From an uncultured Eubacteriales bacterium (GTDB lineage Bacteria > Bacillota > Clostridia > Christensenellales > UBA1242), in assembly GCA_902788085.1 (NCBI GenBank), contig CADAJB010000001.1:5241-69240 (forward strand): DNA of 64,000 nt, written 5' to 3'. The notes under the pieces were generated by a model. That model saw only the letters and a program-made list of their open reading frames with translations, was not told where the DNA came from and searched no databases. Positions within the stretch are counted from its first letter, which is position 1; each line of letters starts with the position of its first letter. The translations under genes and the position numbers were made by a program. This document shows positions 18,783-31,000 of this stretch, one piece after another.

Positions 18783-19607
18783 TTTATATTTTAATATCAT
18801 TTTTTCTAGTTCACAGGCTTGGTTATATACAATTTTTAATACATCATCTTCTGTTTCGGTTGTTCTGGCACGCATCATAATTTCGTAGTCTAGGTTGATT
18901 TCTCGTGGCACTTTTGCTAGTTTTTGTGCAATTAAATTCCAGTTGATTGTGCCATACTTGTTTATTGTGTGCATATCTAAATTAAAAGGATTTACATTTA
19001 CTTTTTTTAATTGCTCTTCGGTTGCGTTGATACCATAATTATCGTGTAAGTGCAAGCAAATAAGCTTGTCGGCAAAAAGTGTTAAATAATCGGTATTGGG
19101 GTCAAAAGCATTATTGTGCCCACTATCATAGCAGAATAATAAATAATCGTTTTTAATATTTTCAAATGTTTTAAAAAAGCATTCGGCATCATTTATGTTT
19201 TCTATTGCCAAAGGTATATCAACCTTTTTGCAAACTTTTAATATTCTTTCTAATCTTTCATATCCTATAGGGTTTGCGTTGCCCGATAAATGCACCACAA
19301 CACATTTAAAACCATATTTTTTGGCGGTTAAAACATCTTTTTTAAGCAGTTTTTCTAGTTTGTTGCCCATTTTGCAGTCTTGCCAAAAATACGGCAAAAG
19401 ATTTGCGCTATATTGCATGTGCAAACTGCTGTGCTTTATGCCATTCTTTTTAAAATAGTTTATTTGTTGTTTTAATGAAGCGTTTTGTTTGTTAAATTTT
19501 GGGTCGGGCGAGGTTATAACGCAATCAAAGCCTGCTTCTTTTATTTTTTGTGCCCTTATTTTGGGGTCGGATTTAAAACCATAATAAAACGAAATACCTT
19601 TTAGCAT
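18768..19607 (-). CDS. xylose-isomerase-like TIM-barrel protein (sugar phosphate isomerase/epimerase family)
   Basis: 279 aa. Pattern VVHLSG...IENI...DSGH...LHLHDN is typical of the AP_endonuc_2 fold. Confidence 0.7.
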   Translation of the reverse strand: MLKGISFYYGFKSDPKIRAQKIKEAGFDCVITSPDPKFNKQNASLKQQINYFKKNGIKHSSLHMQYSANLLPYFWQDCKMGNKLEKLLKKDVLTAKKYGFKCVVVHLSGNANPIGYERLERILKVCKKVDIPLAIENINDAECFFKTFENIKNDYLLFCYDSGHNNAFDPNTDYLTLFADKLICLHLHDNYGINATEEQLKKVNVNPFNLDMHTINKYGTINWNLIAQKLAKVPREINLDYEIMMRARTTETEDDVLKIVYNQACELEKMILKYKTKKS

Positions 19608-19728
19608 AAAAAACTCCTTTAAGCCATTATAAAAAGTATAATTTTAAATGTCAAACAAAAAGATAAATATATTATTGTGTGTATAATTTTTATGTGTTTT
19701 ATTATAATAAAAAAATAAAGGGGTAAAA

Positions 19729-20238
19729 ATGCAAAATTATAAAGGACAAGTAAGGCGGGTAGATGAACTTGGGCGAGTAGTTATACCAAAAGAAATACGC
19801 TTTGCCTTAAACATACATTCGGGCAGTTTGTTAGAGTTTTTTTGCGACCAGCAAAATAGCACCATAAGTTTAGAAAAATACGAGCCCGTTAAACAAATAA
19901 CTAACTATGCAATAAACTGTATGCAGGCTTTAAAAGATTTTTTAGATGTTGGTTTTTTATTGTGTGATAATTCTAGTGTTGTTTGGGCAATAAATTTACC
20001 CAAAAGCGAGTATGTTGGGCAAAAATTAAACACTATTGCATTAAACGAAAGTTATAAATTAAATAACTTAAATAATGTAAATATTTTACAGCAAAAAAGT
20101 GTTTTGAAAAATGTTGTTTTGCCTATAAAAAATAATGGCGATGTGTGGGGAAGTATTGTTTTAATAGGTGATGTAACTACCGAAGTTTTAAGCAGTGCAA
20201 AAACAGTGTGTAAAATAATTTCTAATTATATAATATAA
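19729..20238 (+). CDS. spoVT: stage V sporulation protein T (AbrB-type N-terminal domain plus GAF-like C-terminal domain)
   Basis: N-terminus GQVRRVDELGRVVIPKEIR...L is a SpoVT/AbrB swapped-hairpin domain. 169 aa. Confidence 0.8.
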   Translation: MQNYKGQVRRVDELGRVVIPKEIRFALNIHSGSLLEFFCDQQNSTISLEKYEPVKQITNYAINCMQALKDFLDVGFLLCDNSSVVWAINLPKSEYVGQKLNTIALNESYKLNNLNNVNILQQKSVLKNVVLPIKNNGDVWGSIVLIGDVTTEVLSSAKTVCKIISNYII

Positions 20239-20240
20239 AC

Positions 20241-20270
20241 AAAAAAAGATATGGTTTACATATCTTTTTT
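20241..20270. terminator. bidirectional intrinsic terminator
   Basis: A7-GATATG-GTTTA-CATATC-T6. Confidence 0.7.
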
Positions 20271-20272
20271 GC

Positions 20273-20656
20273 TTATGAAAATTCACCGTAGTGTACATTG
20301 CGTGATTTACGCTCAGATTCAACTAGGTCCATAATTAGTGACCTAACTTTATTAGGGTCTTTAACACGCAAAAGTGTTAGTTCGGGGCAACTAGCATCAC
20401 TAGAATGAACCCTTATGTTTCCTACACCCCAAAATTTATTTGAAAAAGATGCAAAAACACTAATATCATCAACCCTAAACAAGTTAACTTCTTCTACTTT
20501 GCTGGTAAAAAAGCCTATATCTTGTATTAATTTTACCCATTGACCAGGCTTGCGGATAAGATAATAGCGTGTAAAACTTAATGGTAACCCACAAAATCTT
20601 TTACGGTCTTTCCAAATTAGTTGGACATCAGGCCCAAAACTGCTTATGTCTGCCAT
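20273..20656 (-). CDS. bacterial PH-domain (bPH_2/YdbS-like) protein
   Basis: 127 aa. Pattern Y.I....V....G.F......V.L.R..D........W..G.I is typical of bPH domains. Confidence 0.55.
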   Translation of the reverse strand: MADISSFGPDVQLIWKDRKRFCGLPLSFTRYYLIRKPGQWVKLIQDIGFFTSKVEEVNLFRVDDISVFASFSNKFWGVGNIRVHSSDASCPELTLLRVKDPNKVRSLIMDLVESERKSRNVHYGEFS

Positions 20657-20730
20657 AATGTTCTCCTTATTTTTTATAGGTATATTATAACTAAAATATT
20701 GTTGTTTGTAAATTATATTTATTTAATTTT

Positions 20731-21174
20731 TTAATTTATTTCTACTTCGCCATTTTCTTTTATGGTTAGGGTATCACCAGTTTTTACAGCGTTTAAAAAG
20801 TCATCGCCTAAGTTGTCTATTGCGATAACATTGCTATCTTCCCAAATTTTTGCAAGGGTTATACCGCTTAGTGCCAACGAATCTATTGTTTTGCTAAACA
20901 AAAATGCGCTAGGGTTAATTTTCATTTGACAAATTGTTTGAATAACCAAACCACCAGTAGTCGAACCTATTGTCATAGGTAAGCACAAAATTTTACCAGT
21001 TAAAACTTTGCCATATACATCGGGGTTGTTTTGGTCGCTTCCTATAATTTTTTTAGCATTTTTTAATGCACTTTTTTGAAAGGTTGCCAAAGTGTTTAAT
21101 CCGTTATGCGATACAACGGCTTCGGCGGTTAGGTTGCCACCAGCAATAACACGCCCTTTAAAAGTTTTTTTCAT
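20731..21174 (-). CDS. aconitase X swivel-domain subunit (DUF126)
   Basis: 147 aa. G.A.AEAVVS...GKIL..P...GST.G pattern. 1 nt after the DUF521 gene. Confidence 0.75.
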   Translation of the reverse strand: MKKTFKGRVIAGGNLTAEAVVSHNGLNTLATFQKSALKNAKKIIGSDQNNPDVYGKVLTGKILCLPMTIGSTTGGLVIQTICQMKINPSAFLFSKTIDSLALSGITLAKIWEDSNVIAIDNLGDDFLNAVKTGDTLTIKENGEVEIN

Positions 21175-21175
21175 A

Positions 21176-22468
21176 TTATTTCTCCTTTTTGCCTGTAATT
21201 ATATCTAAAATTTGTGCTTCGGTGTAAAAGCGTGCGCTTGTGTATGTTCGAAGTTTGTTACTGCAAGTTATAATTGGCTTTTTGCCTGCTATTGGGTTGT
21301 TCATATACATAAGTGGGCAAATGCAACTAAGGTGCGCGCCTGTTTCTAGTAATTGTAAATACTCTGGGGTGTTAGAAAATGCCTCTAAAACCGCAGGGCT
21401 TGTTGTGAATATTGTTCTAACACTAAGTTTTTGTTGATTGTTTTGTTTTAAACCTTGTGTAACTTTGTGTGTCCAGTCTATTAGTTGTTCTACTGATAGG
21501 TGTGGGCAACCTATAAAGCACATATATGGTTTTGCATCCATGTTTTTCCATAAAATTGGGTAGTTTTTATAAACTTGTTCTAATACTTTGTCGGTTATAA
21601 TTAATTTTTTAGCACCAGTTGCAATCATTTTTAAACCGTTCTTTTTAGCCTCGGGGGTTAGATTTTGAACATGATATAATCCAACCGCACCATTGCTTGC
21701 ACTAGCAGCACCCATATCTTTTAGATAAGAAATTGCTTTGTCGTTTAATTCTTTGCCTAAATATTTATCTAGACCTTTTATAAATGGTACACCATCACCA
21801 ACTGTTAAGCCAATGGCACTACCCAAAATTTGTGCATCGGGTAGAGATGTGGTTTTTAGTTCTACCACCCAGTTTGCAAGACGATTTTCGTCTAACAATA
21901 ATCCAAATTCGGGTACTTTACCAACAATGCAACCAAAAAGGTCTATCATACCACTGTTTCGGTTGCAACGGGCACCCAAAACCGAGTTTGCAAAAACAAC
22001 AGCACTACTTTCTGCCCAAGATAAAATGTCACCATATTTAGGGGTGTTGCCCATTTCGGGTAAATAGCAAGTACAACTAAAATCGTTATTTTTTGTTAAA
22101 CCAACCTTTTTTAGTTGCTCTTCATAACGGGCTTGTTGCCCATACATAATTTTACTAAATATTAATTTGTTTAAAAGATTGCATTTTACATTTTTATAAT
22201 CTATTGGGCGAGGGTCGGCGGTAAATTTCCATTTAGCAGCAATACCAGCGTTTATAATTTCGTCCATTATGCGATAAAGTGGTTTTATAAGACTGATACC
22301 AAACGAAGTAACCAAATGCCCTTCGTGTGTTATAGGCACCATTCGTTTTGCGCCTGCAAGTTCACCAAACATAACAAGTGTATTCATAATTTTTGCCATA
22401 GTTGGCCCTTGTGCGCCGTTTAGAATATCTTTTTCTTCTTTTGTTAATTTCATTTTTATTTTTTCCAT
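21176..22468 (-). CDS. aconitase X catalytic subunit (DUF521)
   Basis: 430 aa. N-terminus LTKEEKDILNGAQGP...M and conserved Cys positions of the AcnX family. Confidence 0.75.
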   Translation of the reverse strand: MEKIKMKLTKEEKDILNGAQGPTMAKIMNTLVMFGELAGAKRMVPITHEGHLVTSFGISLIKPLYRIMDEIINAGIAAKWKFTADPRPIDYKNVKCNLLNKLIFSKIMYGQQARYEEQLKKVGLTKNNDFSCTCYLPEMGNTPKYGDILSWAESSAVVFANSVLGARCNRNSGMIDLFGCIVGKVPEFGLLLDENRLANWVVELKTTSLPDAQILGSAIGLTVGDGVPFIKGLDKYLGKELNDKAISYLKDMGAASASNGAVGLYHVQNLTPEAKKNGLKMIATGAKKLIITDKVLEQVYKNYPILWKNMDAKPYMCFIGCPHLSVEQLIDWTHKVTQGLKQNNQQKLSVRTIFTTSPAVLEAFSNTPEYLQLLETGAHLSCICPLMYMNNPIAGKKPIITCSNKLRTYTSARFYTEAQILDIITGKKEK

Positions 22469-22480
22469 ATTAAAAACTCC

Positions 22481-24739
22481 TTATATAGTGCGTGCACGAC
22501 GATATGCCGATTTTGTTGCAGGCCAAACTTTACCTGGGGTAATAGAATCACCAACATTATAAATTTCGGGTGCTACATTTTGTGTTACTAAATCGTTATA
22601 TAATTGATTGTTTGGTTTTGTGCCAATAGCAATTATAACTAAATCGGCGTTTATTGTTTGTTTTTGCATTTTTTGTTTAACCTTTGGTGCTAGTGGGTTG
22701 TTGATGTTTTCGGGAAGTAAAGGTTGCCAAGTGTTGTAAGGGTCGGGCACGGTTGGGCTGATGTTTTTATCAATTTCTACACCATTATTTAAAATTTTTG
22801 TAACAGTAGATAAGTTGTGTATTTTTACACCTGCCTTTTGCAAGTAGTGCATAATGTGTCCGCGGTTTGCGGTGCAACTTTGTGACATAACAGCGCCAGT
22901 CATTTCTATAATATCTACATCAATGCCATACTCATATTTTAAGTAGTATGCGGTTTCGCAGCCACTATCTCCGCCACCAATTATAACTATGTGTTTTTTG
23001 TCTTTTAATAGTTTTGGGTTGTTTAATGCTTGTGTAACAGTAACAACATTCTTGTTTTCAATGCCTTCAATTTTTGGTTTTATAATATTGCTACCTGTTG
23101 CGGTGATAATAACATCGTATTTGCCTTGTTTTAGGTTTGTGATGTTAGCAGGGGTGTGAAGATATAATGTAAAGTTTTTATTTTTTTGTAAAGTTTTAAC
23201 TTGATTAGTTAAATATTCTACATAGTTTTTTAGTTCATACTTAATTTGTGGTACGCTTGCAGGAATTAAAGTTCCACCAAGCGATGTGCTTGCTTCGTAT
23301 AAATCTACGATATGTCCTCTTAAAAGAAGTGTTTTTGCGGCAGTTATACCAGCAGGACCAGCCCCAACTACGGCTATGCGTTTTTGTTTTTCGGCCTTAG
23401 GCATTTCTTGCGAGAATACATCTTCGAATGCTGTGCGTGGGTTTACGGCACATTGTGGGTGTCCACCTTCTACAAACTCTTTTATGCAGGCTTCGTGGCA
23501 ACCAATGCAAGGGCGAATGTTTTTTGTATCTCCGCGGTATGCCTTATTTGCCCATTCGGCATCGGCAAGAAGTGGACGGGCAAGCATTATCATATCACAC
23601 ATATTATCGCGCAAGGCTTGTTCGGCAAAGTCGGGGTAACCAAGTTTTCCAACAGCCACAACAGGCACAGGCAAGCCCATGTTAGATACAACTTTGTGCT
23701 TAGCAAAATAATCTTTTACAATTTTACTTATATCTAAAAAGCAACCACTAGGCATACTGCTAGGTGGGTGAGGTAGCCACCAGTTATCATAGCAACCTAA
23801 ATCTACATCAAACATATCAACGCCCGCTGCCACAAGGTTTTTCATATAATCTAGGGTTTGGGCAATAGTACGCTCGTTTTTAAACTTTTTAAGGCTTTTT
23901 ATTTTAGTAAGTTTGTCTTTATATGTGGCATTTAGTGCTAGCGATAAATCTATACGATACATAATAGGGTATTTAGGTCCAACTCGCTTGCGAATTTCTT
24001 GTACGGTTTTTATACCAAAAGTTTGATAGTTTGCATACTTGCTAAGTTTTCGTCTGTTAAAAGCGGGGTTGGTTAGTTGTTCTAACAAATAGCCTTCGTG
24101 CCCGTGAAGATATACACCATCTAAGCCACACGCTTTTGCGTCGGCACTTGCTTGACCAAAGCGTTTTATAAGTTTGTTTAGTTTGCAATCACTTAGCCTT
24201 TTGCAAGGTATTTGCGGAATGTAAAAGTTTGGGTTCCACGAAGCGCTAACAGGTAGTTTTAACTGTGTAAGTAGGCATTGTGGGTTGCCCACGCGCCCAA
24301 GACCTGCGGTTAGTTGAATAAAAATTTTACTATCGTATGCGTGCACACTTTGTGCAAGTTCGCGCCAGCCCGACATAACTGTTCGGGTGCGGTCTATACG
24401 AGGGAAATACGAAAGTTTGCCAAGTTCGGTTACGGTGCTATCTATGCCGTGGCTAATTGGTATAAGCCCTGTTGTTATAAGCCCCGTGCCACCTTTTGCG
24501 CGCTCGGCTAAATAACTTATCATCATTTGGTTTGGTCGCCCTGTTTCTTCTGCCATATTAATGTTGCCCATAGGCCCCATAACAATGCGGTTTTTTACTT
24601 TAACCCCGTTTATTTGTATTGGGCTAAATAGTGCAGTGTAAGGGTAAAGTTTAGATGTCATTTTAGGTGCAACAAAGTTGTGTTGCCACCAGTTTCCAAA
24701 CTGGTTTTCTAGTGTATCTAAAATTTTATCGTTACTCAT
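22481..24739 (-). CDS. 2-enoate reductase / 2,4-dienoyl-CoA-reductase-family flavoprotein (OYE TIM barrel, 4Fe-4S site, FAD/NAD(P) domain)
   Basis: OYE motifs (KNRIVMGPM, DGVYLHGHEGYLL.QL). Cys cluster CIGCHEACIKEF...QCAVNP. Two Rossmann motifs (VVGAGPAG, IIGGGDSG). ATG 24739 has GGAGG 7 nt upstream, so the track start 24820 was rejected. Confidence 0.85.
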   Translation of the reverse strand: MSNDKILDTLENQFGNWWQHNFVAPKMTSKLYPYTALFSPIQINGVKVKNRIVMGPMGNINMAEETGRPNQMMISYLAERAKGGTGLITTGLIPISHGIDSTVTELGKLSYFPRIDRTRTVMSGWRELAQSVHAYDSKIFIQLTAGLGRVGNPQCLLTQLKLPVSASWNPNFYIPQIPCKRLSDCKLNKLIKRFGQASADAKACGLDGVYLHGHEGYLLEQLTNPAFNRRKLSKYANYQTFGIKTVQEIRKRVGPKYPIMYRIDLSLALNATYKDKLTKIKSLKKFKNERTIAQTLDYMKNLVAAGVDMFDVDLGCYDNWWLPHPPSSMPSGCFLDISKIVKDYFAKHKVVSNMGLPVPVVAVGKLGYPDFAEQALRDNMCDMIMLARPLLADAEWANKAYRGDTKNIRPCIGCHEACIKEFVEGGHPQCAVNPRTAFEDVFSQEMPKAEKQKRIAVVGAGPAGITAAKTLLLRGHIVDLYEASTSLGGTLIPASVPQIKYELKNYVEYLTNQVKTLQKNKNFTLYLHTPANITNLKQGKYDVIITATGSNIIKPKIEGIENKNVVTVTQALNNPKLLKDKKHIVIIGGGDSGCETAYYLKYEYGIDVDIIEMTGAVMSQSCTANRGHIMHYLQKAGVKIHNLSTVTKILNNGVEIDKNISPTVPDPYNTWQPLLPENINNPLAPKVKQKMQKQTINADLVIIAIGTKPNNQLYNDLVTQNVAPEIYNVGDSITPGKVWPATKSAYRRARTI

Positions 24740-25044
24740 TAAAAATCCTCCATTTTTTGATTTACAAAAAGTATATCTAATAAAAAATAAAAACACAACT
24801 AAAAAAGTGTTTTTTGGCATTATTTTTATAATTTTATTTTTTATTTATTTAAATAAAAATAAATTGTAATTATTTGTTATTTTTAGTGCTATTTTGTTTG
24901 CTTTTTATTGCATTATTTAATAAAATTAAATAGTATTAATTTTTAGGTAAGATAGTGTCAAAAATTATACGCAATATATACAAAAATTAAATAAAAACTT
25001 ACAAAAAGTAACAAACTAAATTGTATAAAAAATAGGGGTAAAAA

Positions 25045-28000
25045 ATGAAAAACAAAATAGCAATTTTTAGTTTAATGTTGGTTGCCTTTTTGGGTGGCAT
25101 TTTTGGCTTTGCCGGTTGTGGCGATAAATACCAAAATTTGTCTATTGAGTTAAAGGGCGCAAACATTGTTGAAGAAGAAGATGGCAGTAAGTATATAGAC
25201 ATAAGTTTTGATGAATCTGACCCTACAAAAAATGTTATAGAATTTAGCGCAACAATTTTGGGTTATACCGAAGATATGGTTAAAACTATGAAGTTGTCTG
25301 TTCCGCAAGATAAGGCGGTTATAAATTCTACAAGGACTAGGGGCGACACTACAACATTTAATGTTACAATTTTAACCTCGGGTATTATTCCGGTTGTTGT
25401 TTATTCTAACGAAACACACAAGGTAAGTGCTAGCCTAAAAATTAGGTCGCTTTTGCCTACAAGTGCAATTGAAGACAATAATGCCACGCTTACATTTATG
25501 CGACCAACCATACAAGAAAATAGCAAAAAATATTTACTAAACGACGAACAAATTGTAAAGTTTACCCCAACATATTCTAGCGTTCGTGCGGTTAAATACG
25601 AAATACAAAACATTCAAGGCGTTAGCATTGAAGAAGAAAATGGTTTAAGTTATATTGTGGTAGATAACAATGCGGTTTTGGGTATGTTGCCAATAACTGT
25701 TACTTCGTTGCGTGCAGTTAGCGGAAGCAGTGAATATGCCGAAGATTTAACCGATGAACAAAAAGAAAAACTATCTACCACGGTTTATGCATTAATTTAT
25801 GATTCTAGTTGGGGGTTAGATGTATATAACACTCAGTTTGAAGACGGAATACAAACACTAAAACTTTCTTCTAAGGCTGGGCAATACACAGTTAACCAAA
25901 GACTTGCTAGTTTTGGTCAAACAAAAACTGCGGTAGATTTATCTAGTGTTGGTAACTTGCATGCGGTGTATTTTGCAAATACAAACAATAAAAATATTTG
26001 CTATGTAGAAGAAAATGATGGTGCTTTTGATATATATTCGGCAAGCAGGGGTAGTGCAAGTTTAACTTTTGGTGTAGATTTATATTATGTACCAAACTAT
26101 ACAGGCAATGGCAATGTTGCAAACCTAAACGATTATAAAAAAGTTCTTTCTTACGAAAAGCAAATTGATGTTGAAGTAATAGACACCCCAACATACATTC
26201 AACTTACAAACGCTAATGGCATAACATCTAACACAAACGCAACAATTAGTATTTACGAACAACAAAAAGATGGCGACGGTGAAGATGCTCAAATTGTGTA
26301 CGGAAAGGATGCTTATATTAGTGTAAATGTTACGCCATTAACTTTACCAGATGCATATAAAAGGTTTACCTTAGACCTAAGGGCAAGAAACGATAATGGT
26401 GATATAGACGAAGGCTATACCAACAGGGCAAAAGAAATTGTAACTTTATATTATTATAGCCAAAATAATGTTGTTGTGCCAATCAACTTAAACGATGATA
26501 TAACAGACATTATATCAAGTGGTGTAAATGGTACAAAAATTTATATTGCCTTTAATGCAACTTCGGCAGATATAATAACAAGTGTAGAGTTGGTTGTAAA
26601 AACTTTACAAATAACAGATGTAGATGACACTTTAACAAGTATTGTTACTTGCAATTTTAAAGATAGTGTAATAAGCATAGATGATATAAACACCAATGGC
26701 TTTAGCATTATTCACGAAGTAGAAGATGTTAAATATGCATACATTTCTATGGACGACAGTCAAAACGGGGTTGCTTGCGCGGTTAAATATACCACTAAAA
26801 CTTATGACAGTAGTTCTAGTGTTACACCCGAGGCAAACCAATCGTTTATTGTAAACACTTCTAACAATAGTGAAGAAGTTGTGCGCATAATAACACAAGA
26901 CAATTCAAACAAGTTTGTTTTATACCCACGCGCGCAAGGTAGTGTAGAAGTTAGTGTTACTTCCGAAAATAATATAACTTACAAATTTATTGTAAGAGTT
27001 ATAAAAAGCGCACAAAGTTTTAGCATAAATTATGAACAATCTACTGGAAAAACTGGTGAAGTTACACGCTATAACGGAGAGATTGCAGAAGATGACGAAA
27101 TATCTCAGCCAAGCAGTATATTAAACTATGGTTTAAAAACAATGTATTTGCAAGCAGATTCTAGAATTAGGTTAAACGCAGTTGCAAATCCAACAGGTGC
27201 AGATATTATTGCCACAAATCAACCATATACTATTTATAAAATACAAGGTGAATACACCAGTGGTATAAGCATAACCCAAGATAACACTAGTGGTGAAAGT
27301 GTTATATACCTAAACGCTAAAAAAGCAGGCGAGTATAATGTTGTGTGTGTTGCAAGCACTTTTGTAAAAGACGAAAATGGTATTTATAACATAAGCAGTA
27401 TAAACCGTGGCTTTAAAGTTTATGTGTTTAACAAAATTGAAGGTGTTGTTTGGACTATAAACAACGAAGAGTTTTATGTTCCCGAAAACGACAATACATT
27501 AGTTTACGAAATATATGATAACGACTCGGTTGCTTTTGATAAGCAAAACACTTTCCCTTATAATGATGCCGCATATTATTTAAACCAAATGGGTTTACAA
27601 AGTTTTATGAGTGCGGGTCAGCCACACTTAAATGCCTCGGCTTTAAGTTCTAAAGAATTATATATTAGTTTTTACGCAAGACCTTATGGTACTAATAGGC
27701 AAGTGCCAAACTATATAAACAGCGAAACAAGCACATCAAGCCAAATTCCTACCGATAGCACACAGGCAGTAAGTTATCATTATAGTATAGACTATGCAAG
27801 TGGAATTCCTAACAAACTTGCTAGCATTATAAATGTTGGTACCGATTCGCAAGAGTACACCGAAAACGATAGTACACAACTTTATTCGCCATATAATATT
27901 TGGATGGGCTTTACATCTGTTTTAGATGATTCTGCAAAAGAATATGTATATGAATATAAAATTAGTGTAATTATAACACAAGCCAATACTATACAAAAAA

Positions 28001-31000
28001 CATCAGTATTTACTTTGCGTATTATTCAGCCAGTAAGAAGTGAATATGTAGATACTGTTGACGAAATTAATTTAGAGTATGGTGGTTTAAACACGCCAAG
28101 CACAGCATTAAACATTAGTGTTCAACCAAATAATGTTTATGACGCAAGGTGGGTATATAGTTTGGGCGGACAAGGTTTAAGTGTTTCGCTTATAAACGAA
28201 GTTAAGGGTATAAAAGACGGTATAGTTAATTCGGTTTTAGATAACGGCATTATTAGGTTCGACCCAAATACTATGCAGTTATCTATTAGCCCGGATTATA
28301 CTGGGAGTAATGCAGATACTTCTATAACATTCTACGCGCTAGATTCTATTGCTCTTCTTCGTGATGTTTCTACCGATGTTTATACTTTTGGCACAGCAGG
28401 TGGGCAACCTGTATTTGTGGCTACTGATGGTACTAACATACTAGGTTATACGGCAAAACTACCTATATTTAAAACTATTAATGTACATATAAATAGTGGT
28501 GAATCACCAAACAGCCCATTTGTTATAAAAACTGCCAACGAATTTAAAAACTTTATAACAAACATCTATAACGGCAACACATACGAAGGGCAATACATAA
28601 AAGTAGAAAACGATATATACGGCATTAATATACCAGCAGGTTTAAACACAAATGGGTGGTTTAGTGGTGTATTGTTTGCAGATAATAAAACAACTTTGCA
28701 CTTTTTAAGTGCACCATTAAATTTGTTTGGTAAAATAAAAAATGGTAGCATTAATAATATTGATTTTGTGTTTAGCAACGCTTTTGAAAGTGTTTTAACA
28801 GAATGTCCTGATACTCAAGGAAATAAAGTTGGTATTTTGGCTTCGATTATAGTTAATGATTATTTAACACCAACACAAAAAGCCGAATGCTATTATTTAA
28901 ACACACAAACAAATGCTTACGAAGAAGTGCAACCGTTAAATTATAGCACAATTATTTATAACCACATCTTTAATAATGTATCTGTATCTTTAAATAACAA
29001 TGTTATAATAAACACACAAAATAATGCTCACTTAAAATTTGGTGTTATAGCAGGAAATGCGGTTGGTGCCGAATTTAATAATTGCGAAGTAAACTTGCAA
29101 AGTGATGTTGCTTATAATGAATTATATGGTGTTATTGTATCTGCTGAAATTGGCTCATCTCTTAACTTTGTATCTGGCTTTATTGGTGTAGGAAATAAAT
29201 TATTAGATGACGAAAACAATGCTTGCGAAGTAAGTAATGTTATAACTAATTGTGTAGTGCGTATGTATGGCAATAACGCTATTATATCTAACTGGACCGC
29301 GGCAGGCTTTATAGCATCGGCGTGGGGTGGTGTAGATTTAAGTTATAGTTATGTGCTTGCCTACGATAAAACACAACCAAATATACAAGCAAAGATGATT
29401 GCGGGATTGGTTGTTTTACAAAACGGTTCAGCTGAATGTCTAATAAAAGTTAACCATTGTTTTGTAAGTGCTAATATTTATAGCACGGTTGGTGCAAATA
29501 GTATTGCTGCGTTAATTCAATATAACTATTCAAGCCAAAGCGGAACACCTGACATAGTTGAAAATAATGTTTCTTACAATTTTGTTAATGTAGTAACATC
29601 TAACACCGATATAGCTTTAATATTCTTTCAAAATGACATAGGTCCAGCGTATATTAACAAAGATAGTTTATTAAATAAATCTTATGCTAATATAGTAGAA
29701 AATGGCGTGGCTAATACTACAACTTACGGCTTAGATTTTGATAACTTAGATAGCAACTTTACAACCCTTTACCCAAGTTATAACAATGGTTTGCCATTAT
29801 TGACTAGGGTAGATGGCTCGTTGTTATACGACAACATTTTGCCAGAAATTAACTGCAACATTTTAGCCGAAACAGTTTTGGCGTATGATAGTTTAAATCA
29901 ACCAATTTTAGATAGCCAAAGAATTATATTAGATGCAAACACCACATACGCATTAAAAGACTTAATAGATACCACAAACTTTAACGCATACCCAGTTGCT
30001 CTTGTAAGAAATTATAGTAGTTATGATGTAACAATTACACAAAACACTTACTTTAATGTAGGCAATACAACTATAAAATTTAACAAAGCAGGCGAGTATT
30101 TATTAACCCTTGTTTCGCAACAAGATAGTTCGTTAAAGCAAGTATTAAAATTTTTGGTAAAATCGGATACTTCTAATGTAAAACTTTATACCGAAAGTAA
30201 CGGAGAGGATGTCGAGTTGTCTAGCGGTAAAGAAGTGCTTGTTTACAAAAACGAAACATACAGCGTAAATGTATTAGATATGCCAAATGATGTTAGCGAA
30301 ATTGCATACATAAGATATATAACAGACAACAAAGATGCCATAGTATTTAGCACCACTCAGCCAATAGAATGGGTAGAAAACGGAAGCGAATATTATGTAG
30401 ATATTCCTATGAGCGTAGCACACACTATAAAAATGATAGATAACGCTACAATTAGTTATAAATATGTATTAAAATATGTTTACAATTATACCGAAGAAGT
30501 TGCGGGCGAAACAATAAACAAAACCGCAAACTATCAAGATATTGTTTACAACAAAACCGACGAGCACGGGGTTGATGTATTTACATTTAATGTTAAAATT
30601 GTGCCTAATGTTAGTTTAAACATTAATAGTGCCGACTTATATACAAGTGACGAATTATTATTTGTTGTTACTGCCGACATTATAGACGCACCAAAATTTA
30701 ACTATAATGGCGATTATATAAACAACCTATCTGCGCCAATAACCAATCAAGTTGTGGTAGATGGTAAAACATTATATACATACACTTACTACATAACAGT
30801 GAAAGACTTATACAAACAAATAACACAAAATGTTAGTCAAGTTATAGATGTTATATACAACGACGAAGTTTTATCTAGTTTAAACATAACCATAATGCCA
30901 ACACCTATTGCAAGTATTCTTCCTTTGTTCTACTACAACGGGCAAGATGCATTAATTGATGATACTTCACGCAGTTCGCACACAATCATTCCGGGTGGCG

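Noticed and set aside
23286-23737. Three overlapping plus-strand ORFs (117, 117 and 85 aa) inside the reductase gene
   Set aside because: They are antisense to a well-supported flavoenzyme CDS in its most GC-rich part. They have no RBS or recognisable motifs, which is typical of shadow ORFs.
24740-24820. 27-codon N-terminal extension of the enoate-reductase gene (MPKNTFLVVFLFFIRYTFCK...)
   Set aside because: It is an AT-rich read-through with no RBS. The internal ATG 24739 has GGAGG at ideal spacing.
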